From: Fibrobacteria bacterium
Lineage (GTDB): Bacteria; Fibrobacterota; Fibrobacteria; UBA11236
NCBI GenBank assembly: GCA_043732185.1
Contig: JAYTHY010000050.1
Span: 4,067-68,066, forward strand
DNA length: 64,000 bases
Reading direction: 5' to 3'
The notes under the pieces are model-generated. The model was not told the origin of the DNA. It did not search any database and was given only the letters and a program-made list of their open reading frames with translations. Of this stretch, positions 29,675 through 39,765 are shown piece by piece. The position numbers were made by a program, and so were the translations under genes. Positions within the stretch are counted from its first letter, which is position 1; the number at the start of each line of letters is the position of its first letter.

Positions 29675-30577
29675 GTGCATCTGGAGCCTATTAAAATCAA
29701 CTTCAAGCTCAAACCGTTACTGGCGTTCACGCGCATTCCCGGGAACGCCTTTTCCTTTTGGATACGGCAGACCTTACGTTGGTCGCGAGGCACACCTACT
29801 CTTTTCCAGGAACCCAAGGATACTCTATTCGCCTATTTGAAAGTGGATCGAAAGGCCGCGGAAGCACGAGAGTCCGATTTCCGGGAACGATATGGACTGG
29901 AACCTCTTGCCCAAATGTCGACTACGGCACTCTATCGAAAAAATCTTTATCTGTTGCATACTCTGGAAAATGCCACGGAAGGACTTGATTTTTCTCCCAT
30001 GCTCGGTTCTGCGTGCAAAGCCTTGGATGTCGGCTCACAAGATTGGCATTATGTCTTTGGGCTGGAAAGGTGGTTAAAATTCTACCAGAGTTCGCGCGGA
30101 AGATCAGTTGCGCTGGATGGAATTGAATTGGACGGATATGGGATCTATTCCGATTTTCATTCCCGGAGGGATTACGCCCATGCGTATGCGGCCCAAACCG
30201 GTAATGCTAATGTCCGATACTGCATTGGCGATTTCTTGAAAATGCCTGTCGCCAGTTATGATTTCATTTCCATCTTCTATCCCTTTGTAACCCGCTACCA
30301 ACTGCTGCTCTGGGGACTTCCGCTGCGTTTCTACTCGCCTCCCAATTTTCTGTCCCAATCCGCGGCACTATTACGTTCCGGTGGATGCTTGCTGGTCTTT
30401 TGTCATTCACAAGCTGAACAGGATGTATTTCTGGAATTGGGACGTAAATCTGGAAAGTTTACGCTCTTGCGCCATGGGCCGGTATTGAGCGATCTAGTCG
30501 ATTTCCACCAAGACATCCGCGACCGGCGTTATTCCATTTGGCAGAAATCCAGCTTCAACGCAAATAGTTCAGTATAA
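29675..30577 (+). CDS. Class I SAM-dependent methyltransferase-like protein
   Basis: LDVGSQDW motif I, GIELD, GDF, LRSGG; start uncertain (GTG 29675 chosen). Confidence 0.7.
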   Translation: MHLEPIKINFKLKPLLAFTRIPGNAFSFWIRQTLRWSRGTPTLFQEPKDTLFAYLKVDRKAAEARESDFRERYGLEPLAQMSTTALYRKNLYLLHTLENATEGLDFSPMLGSACKALDVGSQDWHYVFGLERWLKFYQSSRGRSVALDGIELDGYGIYSDFHSRRDYAHAYAAQTGNANVRYCIGDFLKMPVASYDFISIFYPFVTRYQLLLWGLPLRFYSPPNFLSQSAALLRSGGCLLVFCHSQAEQDVFLELGRKSGKFTLLRHGPVLSDLVDFHQDIRDRRYSIWQKSSFNANSSV

Positions 30578-31019
30578 TTCCCTGGAGTCGCGTCTGTTCC
30601 TGTTTGGGCAGGTCACAGTAACTCTGAATTTTTCCGCGACAATTTTTCGAACCGCAAGCACACTCGATTTGCCATCCGGCTTCATTGATGGACGTGCTGT
30701 AATCCCAGAAAAGTTCCTCGTCCTTTTGAATGTCCCGCAGCGAGAATAAAATCAGAGATCCGCCTGCAAAGCCGACATTGGGATCGCAACTGTGGTTGAT
30801 GAAGTCGTCCATGCGCGGATGATCTGGATCTTCCGCCAGAAATGTGTCCGGGCCCACTTGCAAGGCCCGCATGCCCTCCACCACTTCATCCTTATGGCGA
30901 AGAATACCTCGACACTCAATAACCCGCGTTCCCTTGGATATAACCTCTCCAGCATAGATTCCACGGCCATGCGCCGGGGATTCACCGATGTAGAGGAGGG
31001 ATTCTGCAGTGGCTTCCAT
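30555..31019 (-). CDS. SET-domain protein-lysine methyltransferase with post-SET
   Basis: HGRGIYA, FINHSCDPN, EELFWDY, CACGSKNCRG. Confidence 0.95.
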   Translation of the reverse strand: MEATAESLLYIGESPAHGRGIYAGEVISKGTRVIECRGILRHKDEVVEGMRALQVGPDTFLAEDPDHPRMDDFINHSCDPNVGFAGGSLILFSLRDIQKDEELFWDYSTSINEAGWQIECACGSKNCRGKIQSYCDLPKQEQTRLQGIILNYLR

Positions 31020-31388
31020 GATGTGTCCTTTGGTTGGCGGAAAGAGAAATTAGCAATCCATATACTTGGATCAAGCCCAATTGAATCTAGCTTTCAAGAC
31101 ACCATAGAATTGGGTGAACATGGTCAAACCGGTTTCAGACACATCCTTCCAGAGTCCTATTTCAGCACTTCGATTGCTCGGGCTAGTATTGGCCTGGATC
31201 CGTGTTGCCGCCATGGCGTAAGGCGGCTACCCTTTTTTGGAAACCAAAATATTGGGCGTTCCATTTCGAGCCAACCCTCATTTAACTGCCGGCAGGCGTC
31301 GGATCCATTCTCCAGCAGGGATTAGAGAAGCCCGGGAATCCATGTTTATTAATATTGCGCTGTAATGAATTAAAGGCAATTATAGGAT

Positions 31389-32963
31389 TCAGACAGGAAT
31401 CAAAAATCCTTCCTCCACCAATTGCCTCACTATTTCCGCCGTCTCATTAGGAATTTCATCCACCTCCATACCCAAATCGGCAGCCGCTTTTTCAACCGCA
31501 TCCTGTAGCGTACGATAGCCGTCGCATGCGAGTATCAAGGAGGAGAACCAATCATCGATCTCTTCGACATAAGCAAAGCCTTCCATAACTTGAATGAAAA
31601 TTGCTTCCGCTTCCCCAGCCTCCGCAGCCTCCGCAGACACATGCCCGTCGGCCGGGAAGCCTTCTTGTGAAAACCGCATTTTTTCTGACATTCGGAAAAC
31701 GGACACCATAAGGATTTGGTCCTCCTTGGCGTGACGAGCCAGAAAATCAAGCGCCTGCATTCTTTCCGAAACGATGTCACCGCAGGGTCCAGCAATTTTC
31801 CTGGGGCCATCAAATGCCCGATACCAGTTTTCAACTCCGGATCGTTTACGCATAGTTACCGTACCCGCGCCTATCGAGGCAATATTCTCCTGCCGATAAT
31901 AGTCCAGCCACCGTTCCAGCCTGACCCCATCTTCAGTTGTTGCGCTAGCAAACGAATCCATATCTGTGTTCGTGTCTGTGTTCGCGTTCACATCCGCATC
32001 CACGCGACCCACGCGCATCCAATTTTTGGCATACAGTATCGGGTCCGTAGTCGAGGAGCGGATGACCCAGGTATCACAGCCGCTACCTATGAACCATTCC
32101 TCCAGCCCTTGTTGCCAATCCGTTCCTTCCTTTTCAACCCAGTTGCAAAGCATTTGAAGCGAGCCGCCTTCAACCAAATAGGCCGGTGCTTCTGCTGCAA
32201 TGCGCTTGCAAAAAGCATCGGCCGGCATTCCGCCATTCAGATAAATCAGTCGATCCTCGGGTGAAATCACGAATGGTGGATTGGAAATGATGAGATCGAA
32301 TTGCTCTCCCTCCACCGGCTGAAACAGGTTTCCAGTGCGGGCTTCCACGTTTTCTATTCCATTGATCGCCGCATTAAATTCTACGAAGGCTGCGGCGCGA
32401 GGATTGAGATCGGTTGCGATGACCCGCTTATTGGTTTTGGAGGCCAGAAAAGCCAAGTAGCCGCACCCGGATCCAATATCCAGCGCAGCACCTCCATCAG
32501 CTCGTATGATCAAGCTCGCTAACATTCTAGCCGTATCGCTTGGGCCCATCACATGATCCGGCGCTTCCACCTTGTCCCCAATCCAGGAACGATCAAATGC
32601 AATCAGCAATCCATGGATGGGGGTGATCTTTATTGCAGCGAATAGACTGCCATGTCTTTCCTCCAGTAAGCCTCCCGCCAACAATCCATCCAGAGGTAAA
32701 CCTGGGAAAGCCTTACCAATGGCCTCTGCGGGTACGGGAACCCCTATAACGAACAGACGAATCAGGGTGTTCTGGGCCGATACCATGGCAGTCCGTTCCA
32801 GCGCCTCCTCAGCGGAAAGATTCCGTAGGGCGGGAATACCTTTTACCCCCAAAGCGGCAATCAGCCCTGCTTCATTGAAGTGCGCATCTTTAAAGACTTG
32901 ACCCACCTGCCTGGTTTCCTGTTTGGAAAAGGAAAAAGGTCGGTGCCTAGGATGTTGGGACAT
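31389..32963 (-). CDS. Large class I (NPPF-type) methyltransferase with C-terminal winged-helix/PqqD-like domain
   Basis: LDIGSGCG, DLNPRA, ISNPPF, and C-terminal LILACDGYRTL...VRQLVEEGFL. Start taken at ATG 32963. Confidence 0.85.
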   Translation of the reverse strand: MSQHPRHRPFSFSKQETRQVGQVFKDAHFNEAGLIAALGVKGIPALRNLSAEEALERTAMVSAQNTLIRLFVIGVPVPAEAIGKAFPGLPLDGLLAGGLLEERHGSLFAAIKITPIHGLLIAFDRSWIGDKVEAPDHVMGPSDTARMLASLIIRADGGAALDIGSGCGYLAFLASKTNKRVIATDLNPRAAAFVEFNAAINGIENVEARTGNLFQPVEGEQFDLIISNPPFVISPEDRLIYLNGGMPADAFCKRIAAEAPAYLVEGGSLQMLCNWVEKEGTDWQQGLEEWFIGSGCDTWVIRSSTTDPILYAKNWMRVGRVDADVNANTDTNTDMDSFASATTEDGVRLERWLDYYRQENIASIGAGTVTMRKRSGVENWYRAFDGPRKIAGPCGDIVSERMQALDFLARHAKEDQILMVSVFRMSEKMRFSQEGFPADGHVSAEAAEAGEAEAIFIQVMEGFAYVEEIDDWFSSLILACDGYRTLQDAVEKAAADLGMEVDEIPNETAEIVRQLVEEGFLIPV

Positions 32964-33039
32964 GAAAAATCTCCGAATGGAATAGAAACAATTTAAATCC
33001 GCATGGATAGGATTTCCAGTTGCTTCATGGATCCCAACC

Positions 33040-33629
33040 TCACTGCGTCTGTAGCGCTTTCCTATTTGAAAGCAATTGACGGTAAAAGGCATAGCCTACT
33101 AAAACTGCCAGAATGGAAACGAGCACAAGACTGGAGCCTATGGTACCGAAGTTCAGTCCGCCTTTCTCGTGCGATTTGGTCAGGACATCGCCCATCGTCG
33201 CACCAAATGGCCGTGTCAAAACAAAGGCGATCCAAAAGAGCAATACATGGGATATTTTCGAATAGTAATAGGCTAAAATCGTTAGTCCGATAAGCCCGCC
33301 GATTAGCATAGCACCGCCGAAAAAGCTCAGGCCGGAATCATCGAGCCGGTGGCATATCCAAGATGCAAGGTTCGATCCATATAGTCCGACATGGTTGTTC
33401 CTGCCGTGCTTGTAGAAAGAATGACGGCCCAGTACAAAATTGGATTGTACGATTTCACGGAAATCTGACCAATTAAAGTGGCAAAGAAAAAACTGATCAG
33501 GATGATCGAACTTATGGCATACCCGACATTTAGTGTCATGGATAATAGATCGCCGGCCGTTTCTCCAAGCGTGGTCGCACAGATTTTCATTATCCAGAAG
33601 GCCAAAGTGATTTCGGGTAGTTTTCTCAT
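33040..33629 (-). pseudogene. COG4705/DUF347 membrane protein, internally deleted and frameshifted
   Basis: The N-part (KLPEITLAFWIMKICATTLGETAGD...DYMDRTL.LGYATGSMI) stops early. The C-part (DDSGLSFFGG...FWIAFVLTRPFGAT.GD) continues in another frame, and the intervening segment is missing. Confidence 0.85.
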
Positions 33630-33651
33630 GTTCTGCCTAGGTAAAAAAGTC

Positions 33652-34920
33652 TTACTCCTTCCAAACCTTCCCTTTAGCATCGACGGATTTTCCGGAAGCA
33701 TCAAATCGTGGTCCTCGGCCAGTGACTCGGTCGCTCACCTTTTCAGCCTCCATGGCATTCCTATCTTCCGCGGAATTGGAGTTCGAGACCGTCACTGGTT
33801 TTGGTTTAATCAGCAAACCGGAAATTTCCTGTGCATACCAGCGGTGCAGAAAGTCGTTAGGATGATTGACGTTATTGCCGGTCATATCCCTAAACAGTTT
33901 GAACTTGAGAAGTTCCTGATGCACTCCGGTCATGTCCACCATTTCCACTCCAAGGCCGACCAGCGTCTGCAACTTGGCCTTATAATTTGGTTGTTGGCCG
34001 GCGAAACCGGTTTCCGGATTGGCCAGGGTCGTGGCAATCAGGATGAATTCAACGGCAGGATTGCCCGCCTTTACATCCGCCATGATGGCTTTGATCCGAG
34101 TTAAAAAGAGGTCCGGAGCCACGTTCCCGGTTCCATCATTCATCCCGAAGGAAATAACCACCAGGTCGGGATTCTCAGCTGTTACCAAGGTATGGACATT
34201 GGCAGCGCCCCAAGCCGCATCTGTTCCTGCAACAGCCACATTTTTAAGGGTAATCACGGACGAATAATTGGCCCGGAGATTTTCGGTTACCAGCCCGGCA
34301 TAAGGAGGCATGTTGGGCGCGGCCCCCGTGTATGCACTGGCATTGTATCCCGCCGTGATGCTGTTTCCAATCAGAACAAATTTTAAAGGCTGGCCCTTGT
34401 TTAATTTTGCCAGCGTGTTGGGTAAGTTGGTTTCCGCGTAGGTTGGAACAGGTCCTTTCCACACATTGCGGAGGTGGGTATAAGTAACCGACAATTGGCG
34501 ATCGTGGAAGAAATGACCTTCGGTCCAATAGACAAAGCCTCCACCAACTTTGGTCTGCGTTGCCCCTGCGGTTGTGGGATATAAAAAGTCCTTGGTCAGA
34601 AAAGCAGCTTTCGAACCGGCCATCAATTGCAATCGGCCGTTTGCGAAGGTCCAGTCCACACCCTGTTTGAAAATGGTATCCAGGCCGGCACTTTTAACGG
34701 ATTGAATGACGAGGGGCGAAAACAACAGCTTCGCCTCGGGTAGTTTTCCCGCTGAATCAGAAACCATCAAAACGGATTCATTGTATAGGGTATCCGAATC
34801 CCAAAAGGGAGTCAAATACTCTTTGACGGGATAAGGCGCTGCCGCTGTAGGAGACGCGGTTAGCAACCATGCAAACGGAAATAAAAGGGATAGCCACAGT
34901 GATTGGAAAGAATTTTTCAT
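33652..34920 (-). CDS. Secreted SGNH/GDSL hydrolase
   Basis: Signal peptide; GNSIT, FGMND and NHPND blocks; short C-terminal tail FDASGK. Confidence 0.88.
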   Translation of the reverse strand: MKNSFQSLWLSLLFPFAWLLTASPTAAAPYPVKEYLTPFWDSDTLYNESVLMVSDSAGKLPEAKLLFSPLVIQSVKSAGLDTIFKQGVDWTFANGRLQLMAGSKAAFLTKDFLYPTTAGATQTKVGGGFVYWTEGHFFHDRQLSVTYTHLRNVWKGPVPTYAETNLPNTLAKLNKGQPLKFVLIGNSITAGYNASAYTGAAPNMPPYAGLVTENLRANYSSVITLKNVAVAGTDAAWGAANVHTLVTAENPDLVVISFGMNDGTGNVAPDLFLTRIKAIMADVKAGNPAVEFILIATTLANPETGFAGQQPNYKAKLQTLVGLGVEMVDMTGVHQELLKFKLFRDMTGNNVNHPNDFLHRWYAQEISGLLIKPKPVTVSNSNSAEDRNAMEAEKVSDRVTGRGPRFDASGKSVDAKGKVWKE

Positions 34921-35124
34921 TGTAACCTAACTTTCAATGCGAGAGACAGCCATTTTTGCACTTTCGAACTTCCAGAACGTAGAAAATTGACCCAAAAATG
35001 GGTTCATTGGCCTATTTGAAGCCATTCACGGGCCTGGAAGCCATTCGAATTATCAGAATTACACGCGCTCAAATAAAACCAAAATCGCTTTACGCACAAT
35101 TGGATTTACGCCTATATTCGAATT

Positions 35125-36888
35125 ATGCAAAACCCAAAAATTGTCACTCGTCTTATATCTGTGATCACGGTCCTTTCCACTTTTACACTTGCCCAAAAAG
35201 CCTGGGTGTCCCCGTCGGCTTTTGGAACCGCCGCATCGGAAACGTCCATCAATCCGAGTCTCGATCTGGTTGACCTTTTACCAGCAGGCATGACGCAAAA
35301 TATCAGTGGCTGGGACTGGCTAACGGACGACAAAATTGTTTTCACCAATTGGGTTTGGAACTATACAGTAGAACCACTCGGCAATATCTGGGTGCTCTCA
35401 GGCATGAAGGCCCAAGACAAAGCAAAAATTACGGTAACTCGCTATTACCCCGGAAATCTACGAGAACCCTTGGGCGTAAAGGTGGTGAATGGAGACGTGT
35501 ATGCCGTAGTCAAATTCGGTTTGCTCAAATTTATAGATGCCGACAAAAATGGTATCGCAGAAGATACGGTGCAAATCGCGCCTTTCCCATATAAGCCAGA
35601 ACCCGATGACGGCTGGAATCAGTATTCCTTGGATCTGAAATATCGGGGAGGATTTTTCTACGTGGGACTGCCTTCGGAAACGGTAGCCGGAGGCTATCCT
35701 CGTTATCCGGTTACACCAGGTAGAGGCACGGTCGCGAAAATTGACCCTATAAATAAAACCCTCGAGTTTATGGTCACAGGCCTACGCACCCCGGATGGAC
35801 TCGGATGGGGTCCGGACTCCAACCTGTTTGTCACGGACAATCAAGGCGCCTGGCTACCAGCCAGCAAACTTATTCATGTAACGGGCAAACGATTCTTTGG
35901 ACTTCAATCCGTGGAGCTTGGCAATCCAGCCTTGATGGAATCTCCTCCTGCCATTTGGATGCCCCACCAGGAAGCATCCAGCTCTCCGACCCAGCCCATG
36001 ATGCTTGAAAAAGGTCCTTACATGGGGCAGTTTATCGTGGGGGATAACGTTTACGGCTTTCTCAACCGAATCGCCCTGGACAAGGTCAAGGGTGAATTCC
36101 AGGGCGCTTTATTCCATTTTACCGGCGGCTTGACCTGTGGCAACCATCGCCTGTTGCAGAACGCCAATGGCGACGTGTATTTTGGTGGGCTGGGAAGCCC
36201 TATCAATTCATGGAATGAACACGGAAAAATGTTCGGCATCCAAGTGGCCCGTTTCAACAATAAGGCCAATTTCGAAGTCAAGGAAATCCTTTCCCGCGCC
36301 GATGGTTTTACCCTGCATTTCTCCGAAGCGGTAGGCGTTACCGCTGAAGACACCGCTAATTATCACCTGAGGCAATGGAGCTACAAACCCACCAAGGATT
36401 ATGGTGGTCCAAAACTGAATAATGTGGCGTTAACCTTGGGAGCTATTTCCGTAGACCCAACTAGAACCTACGTCCATATCAAGGTGAACGGCCTCACTGC
36501 TGGGCGAGTGGTTGATTTCCAGTTTCACAAAGACCTTTCCTCCCAAGCCGCCCGCCCAATTTGGACCGGAGAGGCCTGGTATACCTTGAACCAGATTTCC
36601 GATGTCACCGATTTCTTTCCAACTGCCATTGGTGCACGCACCGGTAAAGGTTCAGAGAACCACATCAAACTCTCGAAAAGCCTGGGCAGCTATAGACTGG
36701 AACTGCCCAGTGGGGGTTATACGAACCTGAGCATTATGCATCTCGACGGTAAAATAGCTTGGGAAAAATCCTTGACGGGGGAAAGCGCCGTTTTCTTTTC
36801 CTCAGCACAAATCCGACCCGGAGTGTACATCGTCGTTCTGCGCAATCACTTGGGAGCTTCAGTCAGCAAACGCATCGCCGTTCCCTAA
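35125..36888 (+). CDS. Secreted beta-propeller protein (sorbosone/glucose dehydrogenase-like) with T9SS-like CTD
   Basis: Signal peptide; EPLG, GLRTPDGLG, TDNQGAW, SPTQP; CTD ...LDGKI...PGVYIVVL...KRIAVP. Confidence 0.75.
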   Translation: MQNPKIVTRLISVITVLSTFTLAQKAWVSPSAFGTAASETSINPSLDLVDLLPAGMTQNISGWDWLTDDKIVFTNWVWNYTVEPLGNIWVLSGMKAQDKAKITVTRYYPGNLREPLGVKVVNGDVYAVVKFGLLKFIDADKNGIAEDTVQIAPFPYKPEPDDGWNQYSLDLKYRGGFFYVGLPSETVAGGYPRYPVTPGRGTVAKIDPINKTLEFMVTGLRTPDGLGWGPDSNLFVTDNQGAWLPASKLIHVTGKRFFGLQSVELGNPALMESPPAIWMPHQEASSSPTQPMMLEKGPYMGQFIVGDNVYGFLNRIALDKVKGEFQGALFHFTGGLTCGNHRLLQNANGDVYFGGLGSPINSWNEHGKMFGIQVARFNNKANFEVKEILSRADGFTLHFSEAVGVTAEDTANYHLRQWSYKPTKDYGGPKLNNVALTLGAISVDPTRTYVHIKVNGLTAGRVVDFQFHKDLSSQAARPIWTGEAWYTLNQISDVTDFFPTAIGARTGKGSENHIKLSKSLGSYRLELPSGGYTNLSIMHLDGKIAWEKSLTGESAVFFSSAQIRPGVYIVVLRNHLGASVSKRIAVP

Positions 36889-36958
36889 AGTGTAAGAGAT
36901 CAACTGCCATTAGCTTTAATGTTCTAAAGTTTCATGATACCCCAGGAAAGGCCCTGCC

Positions 36959-38779
36959 ATGTTTGCACAAAAATTCAAAGAATCCTTTTTAAAAAGCCAT
37001 TCCTTCTACTTTAAATTGGGGTGCCTTTGCGGCATCTTATCCGGATTCTCGCTTGCAACCCAAGCCGCGGTAACGCTTACCATCAACAATCACGATGCCG
37101 CTGGAAACCAGTTCAGTCGCTTTGATGTGGACGGCAATTCCCTGGATGCCCATGACGGAGGGCTCTACCTGTTTGGCGATACGTACTACCTGTATGGCAC
37201 CAGTTATAGTTGTGGCTATCAATACACGATCAATTCCACTTTTTGTGGGTTCAAAGTGTACAGCACCCAGGATCTGGTCCACTGGACCGACAAGGGTTTT
37301 GCTGTGCCTCCCACTTCATGCCAATACTGTTTTCGTCCCCATGTTATGTACAATACCACAAGCAAACTCTATGTGATGTGGTCGGATGCCGGAGGTGCGT
37401 ATCACGTTTATACCAGCCCCACACCCACCGGACCGTTTACCCGTAAGCCGGACCCTAAACTGACGGTTGGAGGAGCGGTGGATGAAGCCACCTTCCAGGA
37501 TGAGGATGGCACTGGCTGGCTTATCCACAACAGCGTACTGCCCCCGGCTATTTGTTGCGATATGGTGGTTGAAAAATTGACCGCAGACTATTTGAACACA
37601 ACGGGAGAATTCGTAAAACTGGGGCTCGGTGATGTCGAAGGCTTCGCCGTATTTAAACGTGATGGTGTTTTTCATGCAGTCATGTCCGATCCTAGCTGCG
37701 CCTACTGTGGAGGCGGAACCGGCGAAATGACCGCCACCTCCATGCTAGGCCCATGGGCCGGTGCCTGGTACGATCCTAATGGACTGCATCAAAGCGGGAA
37801 TAAAGAACCGCGCATGCGCGCCCGTATCGTCAATCCCAATAGTTGTGGAGGACAACCTCTGGTGACCATGCCCGTGCCGCAGCCCAATGGATCCACAGCC
37901 TATTATTTCATCTCCGATCGATGGAACAATCGTGCTCCCAATGAATCGATGGCAAACTTTTTTATTGGACCCATGTCCTTCAATGCCCAAGGAGTACTCG
38001 ACAGCATCAAATGCGTAAGTTCCTTTGAAGCCTCTTTAGCCGTGGGTACTTTAGGTTCCTATAAAGCGTCCGCCGACCTCGATCAAACCAGTGGCTTTGA
38101 AGGTTTTCGGCACCATTGCGATATCAATGGCAACACCCAGCGGCAACAAAGCTTTAAGCCTTCGCGCTCCGGTAAGCTGACGGCCGCGACGTTAACCACC
38201 TTCCGATCCGGTACACCCACCGCGCCGCTCACCATTGACCTTTTGGATGCCGGTGGTGCAGTGCTCCATACCACAAGCCTACCGGTTTCCGCCATTCCTT
38301 GGGCGCCACATGTCATCACCATAAATCCCAACGTGTCCGTGGTAGCAGGACAGACTTATTTTCTGCGTATGCATTCCTCCACTCCTGCAGGCGCGGCCTG
38401 TTACGGAATGGAATACAATCAAGCCAATGTCTATTCGGGTGGAAACGAAAGTTACAGCACCAATAACGGCACCACATTCACCCAAGAAGCTTTGCGAGAC
38501 CTCAAATTCACCGTGGACATCCCGGGCGCCACCGCCATTCGAGGCAATCCTACCCGACAAAATGGGGTAAGTCCGTTCCCGTCCTTGCGAGGCATCCTCG
38601 TCCTGATGGAAGATTTCCAAACTGTGACCGCACCCACCGGCATGACCGGATTCACCCTATTCAATTTAGCGGGCCAAAAAGTTTGGGAAAGCGGACCGCT
38701 GCATTCCGGAGTCACATTTACGTTACCCCAGGGACTGAAAAAAGGAGCCTGGCATTACAGGTGGACTGCCGACCTTTAA
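36959..38779 (+). CDS. Secreted GH43-family glycoside hydrolase with T9SS-like CTD
   Basis: LDAHDG...YYLYG, VYSTQDLVHW, RPHVMYN, PTGPF, FQDEDG, VEG, SDRW; CTD FNLAGQKVW. Confidence 0.85.
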   Translation: MFAQKFKESFLKSHSFYFKLGCLCGILSGFSLATQAAVTLTINNHDAAGNQFSRFDVDGNSLDAHDGGLYLFGDTYYLYGTSYSCGYQYTINSTFCGFKVYSTQDLVHWTDKGFAVPPTSCQYCFRPHVMYNTTSKLYVMWSDAGGAYHVYTSPTPTGPFTRKPDPKLTVGGAVDEATFQDEDGTGWLIHNSVLPPAICCDMVVEKLTADYLNTTGEFVKLGLGDVEGFAVFKRDGVFHAVMSDPSCAYCGGGTGEMTATSMLGPWAGAWYDPNGLHQSGNKEPRMRARIVNPNSCGGQPLVTMPVPQPNGSTAYYFISDRWNNRAPNESMANFFIGPMSFNAQGVLDSIKCVSSFEASLAVGTLGSYKASADLDQTSGFEGFRHHCDINGNTQRQQSFKPSRSGKLTAATLTTFRSGTPTAPLTIDLLDAGGAVLHTTSLPVSAIPWAPHVITINPNVSVVAGQTYFLRMHSSTPAGAACYGMEYNQANVYSGGNESYSTNNGTTFTQEALRDLKFTVDIPGATAIRGNPTRQNGVSPFPSLRGILVLMEDFQTVTAPTGMTGFTLFNLAGQKVWESGPLHSGVTFTLPQGLKKGAWHYRWTADL

Positions 38780-39765
38780 TCCCGGGCCTTGGCGCCCAAC
38801 CTATCCAATCCCATCGCACCGATGATGATGACTCCGACCACTATGTTCTGCATATAATTGGGTATTCCCGCCATATTGCAACCATTGCGCAAAACGGCCA
38901 TCAGCAAGGCTCCAACCAAGGAACCGGCAGCCCGGCCCTCTCCACCGCGTAAGGAGCCTCCGCCAATAACTACTGCGGCTATGATATCAAGCTCCATCCC
39001 CTCAGCGGCGGTGGGGTCACCGAGCGTCAAATTGGCGAATTGCATAATGCCGGCCATGCCCGCAAACGCACCCCCGACTGCATAGATCCAGATGCGACGC
39101 CTAACCACGGGAATGCCGCAAAGCCTGGCGGTGGCCTCGTTGGAGCCCAGGGCATAGGTATGCCGCCCGAATACCGTATACCGTAACACAACAGATACTG
39201 CCACGGTCAGAGCCAGTAGTAGCCATACTCCAGGAGCCAAAACCAACCAGCCCGGAGTGGGATCGATATCCATCAGGTAATTAATCCAGGAAGCCGGTGC
39301 CATAACGGTTTGTTCTTTTGCCAGCCATTTGGCTCCACCCCTGAATATCTGCATGGTTCCCAAAGTCACGATAAAAGGGACAATCCGGAGGCGCGCGGAT
39401 AGCAGCCCATTGCATACTCCACCCAAAGCCCCAAGGGCAATGGCGGATGCACCGGCTATCCAAGGTAACCACTGGGGTAACGGAACTGGAAAGCTACCCA
39501 AGAGCCGGGCAATCAATACGGTGGACAAGGCAATCAGGGAACCCACACTCAAATCAATGCCGCCGCTAATGATGACGAATGTCATGCCCAAGGAACCAAT
39601 GCCGACGATGACGCTTTGCGTGAGGATGGTCTTGAGATTGTAGACGCTATGGAAAGCCGCCGGTCCAAGTCCCATGAACAGCATGAATGTCAACCACAAT
39701 CCCAGGTAAGGAGCCACCACCCGAAAATTCCCGCGCACGGGCCGCCTCTTCAAGGTTCCACTCAT
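38776..39765 (-). CDS. Sugar (ribose-type, CUT2) ABC transporter permease
   Basis: GGIDLSVGS, PFIVTLG, GSNEATARLCG, ELDIIAAVVIGGGSL; ATGA overlap with the ATPase stop. Confidence 0.93.
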   Translation of the reverse strand: MSGTLKRRPVRGNFRVVAPYLGLWLTFMLFMGLGPAAFHSVYNLKTILTQSVIVGIGSLGMTFVIISGGIDLSVGSLIALSTVLIARLLGSFPVPLPQWLPWIAGASAIALGALGGVCNGLLSARLRIVPFIVTLGTMQIFRGGAKWLAKEQTVMAPASWINYLMDIDPTPGWLVLAPGVWLLLALTVAVSVVLRYTVFGRHTYALGSNEATARLCGIPVVRRRIWIYAVGGAFAGMAGIMQFANLTLGDPTAAEGMELDIIAAVVIGGGSLRGGEGRAAGSLVGALLMAVLRNGCNMAGIPNYMQNIVVGVIIIGAMGLDRLGAKARD

